A stretch of DNA of 64,000 nucleotides, from contig OZ024751.1 in the NCBI GenBank assembly GCA_964016885.1, forward strand, positions 24,428,001-24,492,000. The letters run 5' to 3'. This DNA comes from Eledone cirrhosa. Taxonomy: Eukaryota. A program made the translations under genes and the position numbers. This document shows, piece after piece, positions 54,439-64,000 of this stretch (the stretch's first letter is position 1; each line of letters opens with the position of its first letter). The notes beneath the pieces were generated by a model. The model was not told where the DNA came from. It did no database searches and saw only the letters and a list, made by a program, of their open reading frames with translations.

Positions 54439-56200
54439 ATGTACGTCGTTGAGCTAAAAAGTCCATTGGCTGACTATGAAGGTATGACGCTAGAGTTTTA
54501 AAATGTCGCATGCCTTAATTTCAACTCTTCATATTAATAACTATATATTTTTCTTTCCATGAACTGAAAAATAATCCTCATTTGGTCATTCCATGAGAGT
54601 ATCTCGGTTACCATATGAACATTTCAGCCGACCCTCGTATTTACAATTACAAAGATGACGTTTATTCACTTAAACCAAATTCATCTTTACATCTTTATTC
54701 TGTTCTTCATTTCAATCGCTTTTTACCTTATAATTTATTTTTCATTTTCAAATTGTATAAGTAATTATATTACATGAAAAGGAAATTGACAATCTAAAGT
54801 ATTACTTCAGTTATAAAAATCCTCTGAAGTCTATTCTATTGGAATTATTTAGATTTAAATTCTTTTTATCAATTCTAAATAATTTTATCAATTGACTTTT
54901 GAGCGTCCTTAATGAAATCTATGAAATTTAATTTACGCAGTCGTTGCTGTCTTATATGTAAGTCCATTGGTCTGAAGTTCCTCGTATCGTGAATTTCTTA
55001 ACGAAAAATTAGTTCAATGTTCTTACTTCGAAATTTCTCAATCTTTCCGTACTTGAGCATCTCTCTATAGCAACCTAATATACATCTACACATTGACACA
55101 CTCTCTCAAAGACACAGACACACACACACGCATATTCATGTATATAGACGGCAGAAGAAGTGGTTTACAAACAACAATTGCGATCGAATAGTCTTGTCAA
55201 TTCATGAAACCTAGTGTTGCTCAAATATATTTCGTGTGTATGAATCAACTTAAATTAGCTGTTTATATAGAGAACACTTTTTTCTTCTTGATGACATTCT
55301 CTCTCTATCTATCTATCTATCTATCTCTCTCTAGCTCTTTCTCTCACTCCCACTCTCTCTTTCTCTCTCTCCCCCTCTCTCTCTCATATACGCTCACACA
55401 CAGACACACACACAGATAATTACATACATAGAGACAGACATGCATACATCCATACACACATACATATATACATACATATATACATACATACATAAATACA
55501 TCCATACATTGTGTGTGTGCGTGATTGTATGTGTGTGTGTGTTTACCTAACTTTATTTTATTTTTCCTTATCTTCGATCCCTCCGCTCTCATTGTATATA
55601 TCCATATATGTATTTGCGTGTGTTTTTGTGGATATACATATATACATTATATATATATATATATACACACACATTATATATGTATATATATATATATATG
55701 TATATATATATGTATATATATATACATTATATATATGTATATATATATACATTATATATATGTATATATATACATTATATATATGTATATATATATACAT
55801 TATATATATGTATATATATACATTATATATATGTATATATATATATATATACATTATATATATGTATATATATACATTATATATATGTATATATGTGTGT
55901 ATATATATATATACATTATATATATGTATATATATATACATTATATATATGTATATATATATACATTATATATATATGTATATATACATTATATATATAT
56001 GTATATATATATATATATATACATTATATATATGTATATATATATACATTATATATATGTATATATGTATATACATTATATATATGTATATATATATACA
56101 TTATATATATGTATATATGTATATACATTATATATATGTATATACATTATATATATGTATATACATTATATATATATATACATTATATATATATATATAC

Positions 56201-56236
<36 letters not shown>

Positions 56237-56243
56237 AATGCAT

Positions 56244-56485
56244 TTTCTAAGGCGAGTAAAATTCCCGAGATCCATGGACGAGTTCTCTCCAGCGGTCTCT
56301 GTCCCTCATTATCGCTGTCATGTCCTGCGTCTCCAACAGACCAGTGTCTGTCCTTAGGGCATCAACATACGTTAACCTTGGTCTTCCTCTTCTAGTGTGT
56401 CCTCTTCTAGTGTGTCCTCTTCTAGTGTGTCCAGGAGACTGAGGTTAGCTGGACATGCTCACCAACATCCAGAGTTGACATTGCA
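56244..56485 (-). mobile_element. 5'-inverted RTE LINE insertion with an 11-bp TSD
   Basis: 56250-56430 is the reverse of ~895-1035 and 56433-56485 is the forward ~810-861. TGTGAATGCAT occurs at 56233-56243 and 56486-56496. Confidence 0.85.
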
Positions 56486-56545
56486 TGTGAATGCATATGT
56501 AAACTTAAGCATAAAAGCATAAGCTTATGTTCAAGCTTATGTTAC

Positions 56546-56578
<33 letters not shown>

Positions 56579-56613
56579 TATATATATATATATATCTTTA
56601 AAAACTTTTATAA

Positions 56614-56779
56614 TAATTGTTTCTATTTTAGGCACAAGGCCAGCAATTACCCAGTGCATTACTGGTACTTTATTTTATCGACCCCGTAAGGATGAAAGGC
56701 AAAGTCAACCTCGGCGGGATTTGAACTCAGATCGTAAAGGGACGTAACTATGCTAGAGAGCATGGCGTCCGATCCTCTA
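56614..56779 (-). mobile_element. SINE family 1
   Basis: Consensus match. Confidence 0.88.
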
Positions 56780-57270
56780 AATATTTGTTTATGTATGCCC
56801 GTTTTAAGTATAGTCGTGCTTGTGTCTATATGTATATATTTATTTACATATGCCATCTGTTAGATGCATGTATGTGTAGGTGTGTTAGCTTGTAGGCATA
56901 TTATTTTCTATATATGTATATTCCTTCCACCAATCCCATTAATATGTTTCACTAAGCCCCTCTAAACTCACCTCCACACTCACTACCTGTCTTCCACTGA
57001 CCAGGTAAATTTTTATGGCCAAATTTCTATTTTCTATAGCTACATCCACGACTACACTTTATCGCCTGCTTTCTCACCCCCCAACCTATCCTATCATATA
57101 TGGGCCTTCTCTATTATCATTACCTCCTTCCCCGACTCCAAGTCTTCCTTGTGTTTACTGTGTCTACCATGCGAAACTCCGGAGTAACATGACTCTCTTT
57201 TTAGCCTTAATAATATTGAATATTAAAAATCTACTTCGGTATTGAGTACTCCTTTCTCTCAGCCATCAAG

Positions 57271-57343
<73 letters not shown>

Positions 57344-57348
<5 letters not shown>

Positions 57349-57432
57349 TAAAAGATCGGAGGCCATATTCAGTTGATTCAGGTTTATTTAAAACTCTGTT
57401 ATACATATTTCACTGAGGACTATCAGTTATGT
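57344..57432 (-). mobile_element. Short pLTR-like fragment with half-hammerhead
   Basis: Minus strand: ACTGA tagtcc TCAGT-GAAAT-atgt-ATA|ACAGAG..AATAAA plus tail; lies between TA tracts. Confidence 0.55.
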
Positions 57433-57472
57433 ATATATATATGTGTGTGTGTGTGTGTGTACATACATACAT

Positions 57473-57548
<76 letters not shown>

Positions 57549-58578
57549 CTATCTATTTGTCCATCCACTTATCAACGTATATATTTTCCTATTTATTCAT
57601 CTATCCATCTTCTTAACTTATCTTTCTTTTGATATTTTCACTTCAACCAAACATTCTCATTTATTTCTAAGTATATTTGTTCTGTGAGTATCCCAAACAA
57701 ATGGCTACTGTTGTAATGATTGTTATTTTTAATGTTGCTGTGGTAATAGTTGTGTCTGTTCTATTGGATTTCATGGTGATCCTGTTAGTTTCTCTATTGC
57801 ATCTGTTCCTGGTTGGAATGCTTGTTGAGAAGATGGACTTTTACCAGAATATTCTATTTTATTGTTTTGTTGAATTTATGTTTTTTTTCTTCTTTCGTTT
57901 GTATAAAAAGTCTTCAGCAATTTAAATATGTTATTTCTCTCGATAGCTTTTGGGGGAGTTTAAGTGTTTTTCGTGTAGATATTTACTTTAAATGCTATTG
58001 CTGTTTTGACTGTCTTCGTTGCTACCTTTTAGTTGGCAGTGTTTCTTTTTGTACTAGATGTTCTCGTTGGCAGCGGTTTATCAAAATGTCGTCCGTTGAA
58101 TATTTGTACAAACAATGCCATAGAAAATAAACAAACAATCCACAAGAAGAACAACAACAACAAAGGAAATGTTTGTTTCTTCGGAAGTTTTCAATAATAT
58201 TGATTCTGCATTTTTTTTTTTTTTTTTTTTTTTTGCTTTTCTTGGAAACAAAAATACACTTGGCTGGAGGAATTAATATTTAAATGACTGGATTAAGATA
58301 ATTGGTGAGGTTTTTAGGATGAAATAACTTAATGTCAGCTGCGAAGGAAATTAGGGGTTTAGAGAACTTCAATAATGTTTACTTTTTAAATCTCACTTAA
58401 TTCCACATCGTGGAATCCTAGCAGACCGATCATACGATAGAAACATTTACGAGTATTCGTATGAAATGAATGTTTGGAAACATTTGTGCCCAAATCCTCA
58501 AATATTTAACTCTTGCTGATTCATTGAAGCTCTAGTTTTGTGCAGGTCGATGCCCTCAGCTTGGCATGACACCTTCAA

Positions 58579-58586
58579 TGACGTCA
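58579..58586. promoter_or_regulatory. Palindromic CRE motif TGACGTCA in a unique island
   Basis: Exact motif; another at 12100-12107 near CACGTG (11998-12003). Motif presence only. Confidence 0.2.
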
Positions 58587-58775
58587 TCACAAGATGTTTT
58601 GGCGTAGTATGTTTCCTATCAAACTGGGGCCTACCCGAGTCGACCGTGAAGACGGCAAGTACCCAGACAAGATAAACGTTTAACCCGTCCGAGAAAAAAG
58701 AGTACGGTGTGGAGCAAATTTCTAATCTGGGGGGGGGGGGGCACATGCTGAAACACATTCTTTGCCTTCATATAT

Positions 58776-58810
<35 letters not shown>

Positions 58811-58995
58811 GAAACCCCATAACGAAAAATGGCCATTAGCACTCATGGGAAACGAACCCTTCCCATAGATTATATTTGATAAATTATGCTAGACCGATGA
58901 CACCAACATACCCACCTAACAAAATAAGTACCAGTTATACACTGGCATTATTGCGGACCTTGTGCCAAAAGTAGAAACAATTAATATATATATAT

Positions 58996-59202
58996 ATAGG
59001 AACGAGTAGGACCCCAACGGCTGAGCTCAAGCCGTTTCGACGGCTAATTCTGGACTAAATCTAGTCCAGAATTAGCCGTCGAAACGGCTTGAGCTCAGCC
59101 GTCGGGGTCCTACTCGTTCCTATTACCCACTCTACTACCCTAAGTATTGAGTACTTTGGTGCGTTATGGTCCACCTGGTTCCTTACCACATTTCCTTCGT
59201 TA
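58996..59202 (+). mobile_element. Family A fold-back element
   Basis: Arms around TCTGGACTA-aatc-TAGTCCAGA; tail nearly identical to that of 161-354. Confidence 0.78.
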
Positions 59203-59350
59203 TATATATATATATAAATGAAGTAACGGAGTCGGAAACTCGCGTTACTCCCTGTAACTTCTTAAACACACACTCTCCCTAGTGTGTTTTCTTCTCTATA
59301 TTATATATATAGGAAAAGAGTCAGGACCCATATATTATTATTATTATTAT

Positions 59351-59409
<59 letters not shown>

Positions 59410-59963
59410 TACTTTAGTATATTCACATTCTTTCGAAATCTAATAATATTCTTACATGCATCCATACAGTGCCTCGTGGGGGGGAATATAAGAAAGAATA
59501 ATTACGTCTGCGACAACACTAATAAACATCACATGAAACACTATGGAAATGGAGGAATATTAGAATAAATGGCCGACTTCTCCCACACGATAACATTTCA
59601 CTAAACTACCTCAGAAGTGCATCACACAATACTGTAGTTCTAAAAGTACTAAGCTACATAAAAGATTCTTAGTAGACAACTGCCTTTATATTCCGTCTTT
59701 TTACACTGAGGAATAATATAGTGCAACATCACAAGTCTGTCACGCGTCCACATGTAAAATATTTTAAAGGCAGATGGTAGACAATGGAGGTAAGCTCCCG
59801 GCAATGCATTGTACTCGATATGTTGTCAACTTCTCGAATATGTTCATTCAATTTACTTACATAACGCCTTTCAAACAGACATGCACATCAGATCACGAAT
59901 TCTTTCTTCTTACTCGCAAAACACTGAAACACTTTACACTTCATTCAATTCATATAAAAATGT

Positions 59964-60032
<69 letters not shown>

Positions 60033-60171
60033 ATGTATGTATGTATATATATGTAGAAGAACGTTGAAACATAAAATGAAAGAGCACTCAACTCTCAAAA
60101 TAGGTGACTGTGACATCGAAGTCTGAAAAGACACGATGCTCAAAACTTCGAAATCATCGACGCCATGTTTG

Positions 60172-60220
<49 letters not shown>

Positions 60221-60323
60221 TGTGTGTGTGCGTGTTTGTGTATATATATATATATGTGTGTATGTATATATATATATATTTATATATACATGATTGCGTC
60301 TGTGTGAATGTGCGTGAGTGTGA

Positions 60324-60396
<73 letters not shown>

Positions 60397-61014
60397 AGTA
60401 AATCTTCTAAAACTGTTAACTTCAACATCAACAAGAACATCAATACACTATTTCTACCTCCTCCACCACACACACACACACATCACTACCAACCACAACC
60501 TCACCAACACCACCATTCACCATCATCTCTGTCATCACCTCTACCTCCACCACCACCATCACCATAAAACATCTACTATTACCTAAAAAAAATGTCTGTT
60601 AAAGAGAAGTTTTTAAATCCAATTTTTATTGTTATGAGGATTAATGTATTCGAAAGGCGACATTATAAATAAATCTCTCGAGTAAGGATTTCACAGAGAG
60701 AAAAAAATAGTCGTAAAATATATATTTTTCTATTGTAGTTGATTCTATTTGATTATTCATCGTATTAAAAGCATGCACGATAATCAAAGTGAAGACTTTC
60801 GTGCGTTTCCGATATATGCTAATGGGAGATAACTGCTATCATATTTTAGAAAAACCAGCTTCATACTTCACTCACTGAAATTCATCAATATTGTCTAGAG
60901 TTTCATAATTATTCCTAGTGGAAATCTAGTTTTATTTTACTGTGGCTATGAGCAATGACTATAGAATATAGGCCTGGTAATGATTGAGTTTAATATGGAG
61001 CTGAGTTCTATAAT

Positions 61015-61078
<64 letters not shown>

Positions 61079-61255
61079 AGTATGCATACGTATGTATCAG
61101 CTGAGCTTGGGTGAGAAATAAAATTATATATACATATATATATATATATATGTAAGTATGCATACGTATGTATCAGCTGAGCTTGGGTGAGAAATAAAAT
61201 TATATATACATATATATATATTTATATATATATATATATACACAGAGTGAGAGAG

Positions 61256-61419
61256 AGAAGAAGAAGAAGAAGAAGAAGAAGAAGAAGAAGAAGAAGAAGA
61301 AGAAGAAGAAGAAGAAGAAGAAGAAGAAGAAGAAGAAGAAGAAGAAGAAGAAGAAGAAGAAGAAGAAGAAGAAGAAGAAGAAGAAGAAGAAGAAGAAGAA
61401 GAAGAAGAAGAAGAAGAAG
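61256..61419. repeat. (GAA)n microsatellite
   Basis: Pure GAA run abutting the family B tail. Confidence 0.95.
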
Positions 61420-61574
61420 CTTGAACAAAGTATCAATATAACATCTATATATTTTTCATTCACATGTGACGCACGTTTCGTAATCTATCAGCACAAGGTA
61501 CGGCTAATAGTGGTCGATTCCCCGCTCAAAATCGTGAACTATCAGTAACTGAACATACCACTCCGTTACACTTT
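61420..61574 (-). mobile_element. Family B fragment with half-hammerhead
   Basis: Minus strand: CTGATAGTTCACGATT...GTACCTTGTGCTGATAGATTAC-GAAAC-gtgc-GTC|ACATGTG-AATGAA. Confidence 0.6.
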
Positions 61575-62246
61575 ATATATATATATATATAAAGAAAAGA
61601 GAGACAGACAGACAGGGAGATGGGTCAATAGATAGCATTAAAATGGTGGATATTATATTATATGCCAGCTATAGGACCATTAGAGAACCGTCTCTCAAAA
61701 AAATATATCCATTTGATGAGTTGAAATTACGACTATAAAATAATAAATCACATGTCATCGTTTCTGCGCGTCTGTCAGTTTTTATGATCATAAGGGACAG
61801 CTAGTTCCATTAGTGCCGACATGTTCAAACTGTCACCATTAGCAAAATTTCAAGGTTGCTGTCAACAATCTACGATAAATATTAAAGTCTACACATTTAT
61901 TAAATCCTATAGCCAGTCAAAGTAGATGTGTATGTATATATATAAATATATATGTGTGTATGTGCGTGTGTGAGTGTGTATATATATATATATATATATA
62001 AATATAATTTCAGCGAGATCGTATTTTGGCTGTGGTCAAAAACAAAGCGAAACGCAATTTTCGAGATATGCGGCAAGCGCTCAATGGACTAAAAGAAGAG
62101 CAATTAACATACGTTATAGAGGCCAAAGAAACTGAAAACGGTGGTCATGAAGCTATCAGCCACCGGGTAAACAGAAATAACAACACAGTCGGTACAGTAT
62201 ATTGAAGGAATATATTAGGTTAACGCTTGAAATAGCAGGAAGATAG

Positions 62247-62282
62247 TCTTAACGTTTCGGAGGCTAGTCTTTCATCAGAAGA
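62247..62282 (-). ncRNA. Minimal type I hammerhead ribozyme (stem II slightly decayed)
   Basis: Minus strand: TCTT-CTGATGA-aagactagcctcc-GAAACGTT|AAGA with palindromic AACGTT. Island ~62000-62350 between TA tracts. Confidence 0.65.
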
Positions 62283-62352
62283 AAGAATGAGAAATAAGAT
62301 AGATTGAAGGGACGGGCGGGGTGGATTGAAAAAAATGTCTTTAGATAAAAAT

Positions 62353-62403
<51 letters not shown>

Positions 62404-62871
62404 ATGTGTGTATGTGTGTGTGTGTGTGTGTATGTGTCTGTGTTTGGGTGTGTGTGTGTCTGTGTCTCTATGTGTGTATTTGGTTGGGGGGGTGCAACAT
62501 TTCTTTAAAATTTCTATCCATAATGCTTATAACGTATATAAGCTTATTGTATAAAGTAACATGTAATAAAATAAATCATCAGAATGAAATGAAAATCAAT
62601 TCAGACTGCTGTTAGATGTTAGGAAATAAGGCTTTGAATATCTTAAAGATAAGGACTTGCTGAAAGCTTTCAATAATCATCAAAGGACTTGTATCGAATA
62701 CAATTTCCTTTTATGAGTCATTGAGTAATTTACATTTCGGACTTTACGTTCATATATCCAAAGGCAATGGCGTAGATGTTCTACACAGGCTTAAAACATC
62801 ATACGAACATATGTATGTGACCAAGCTGTGCAAAAAAATATATATATATCATTTTATTTTGTGAATGAGTC

Positions 62872-62934
<63 letters not shown>

Positions 62935-63074
62935 GTGTGGCTATGTGTGTGTGTGTGTGTGTGTTTGTGCGTGTGTGAGTGTATAAGTATTTGTTCAGTG
63001 TATGTGTGTTTACCTGTATATGTGTGTGAGAGAGTTTGTTTGTGTGTGTGTGTATTTCTCTCTCTCTCTCTCTA

Positions 63075-63110
<36 letters not shown>

Positions 63111-63305
63111 AGTATCTCTAAGTGTATGTGTGAGTGCTTGATTGTGTGGTGAGTGTGTGGTGAGTGTGTGTGTCTGTATGTGCATGTGTGTGTGAATGAG
63201 AGTGTGAGTGTATGAGTATGTGTTCAGTGTATGTGTGCGTACGTATGTGTGTGTGTGACAGAGAGAGAGGGAGACTTTGTTTGTGAGTGAGTGTGTGTAT
63301 GTATA

Positions 63306-63341
<36 letters not shown>

Positions 63342-63789
63342 CGTGTGCGTGGGCGTATGTATGTGTGTAATATTGCTGCTGGATTCGATTTACAGTAATA
63401 TCAGCAGTTTCCTGTTAAAGGTGAACATGGTCAAATGTGTGTGTGATCTCGTGTTAACTCGTGTGATCACAGTAAGACTATGACAGTCACAGGGATTTAC
63501 TTACATCGAGAGTTTAAGGACATCTAAAGATTTACTTAATTTATCTACCAGAGTCGATATATCATTTTCGCAGGATGCCAATGTCCTTTATTTGAAGATT
63601 CTTTACTTAAAGCGAAACGAGTAGGATCTTTAACCTTTCGTTTTCAGTTGGTATCCTTTTATTCTTTTACTGGTATCCCTCATCCCGCTACGGTAATGCT
63701 GGGGAACCTGTATGAAGGGATTTATGGGATCATATGGACCCTAGTGTTATTTTTAAAGCTTTTGTGACGCTAAACTCCACCAGTTGCAG

Positions 63790-63897
63790 AGATATCTCTC
63801 ACCACAAAGTTCGATCACCAGCAACAAAGTTCAAAGAGCAAAGGTCAAGTCCAGTCCATAAGTTCACATTATCAAGCCATCGTTTTGACTGCCGGCC
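63790..63897 (-). mobile_element. RTE LINE extreme 3' fragment
   Basis: GRQSKRWLDNVNLWTGL...AGDRTLW. Confidence 0.7.
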
Positions 63898-64000
63898 ATA
63901 TATACATATATATATATACACGACGATATATATATATATACATATATATGTATATATATACACGAGGGGCTTCCACACAGTTTCTGTCAACCAATTTTCA

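Noticed and set aside
57885-57920. Minus-strand CTGAAGA...CGAAAG
   Set aside because: Weak stem II and no helix I or III.
61074-61220. 77-bp direct duplication with short palindromes
   Set aside because: Explained by slippage between TA tracts; no ribozyme core.

Overview
AT-rich, microsatellite-saturated eukaryotic DNA, most likely an octopus/coleoid cephalopod (inferred from tRNA-derived SINEs resembling octopus families and the (TA)n/(CA)n/(GA)n load). Almost all ORFs in the supplied track are microsatellite translations. The one convincing protein-coding feature is a 304-bp minus-strand internal exon of a vesicular glutamate transporter (SLC17A6/7/8-like, 8446-8749), so much of the window is probably intron of that gene. 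The rest is SINEs, RTE and CRE-clade LINE fragments, a non-autonomous RTE derivative (5 copies), a TTAA MITE and minisatellites. The main signal is that many short unique islands inside (TA)n tracts carry type I hammerhead ribozymes (HHR). I read about 12 complete motifs by eye, plus many half or decayed ones. They occur in three forms: (i) a near-perfect 2.8 x 591-bp tandem array with one HHR per unit and a compensatory U3-A8 core, resembling a retrozyme and predicted to release 591-nt monomers or circles; (ii) long palindromes with an HHR in each arm; (iii) a family of fold-back elements that turn at HHR stem II and keep only the GAAA half. This looks like a (TA)n-targeting Penelope-like/retrozyme system. 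Three complete HHRs lie in sense orientation in the VGLUT intron downstream of the exon. All structures were paired by eye; no folding or database search was run.
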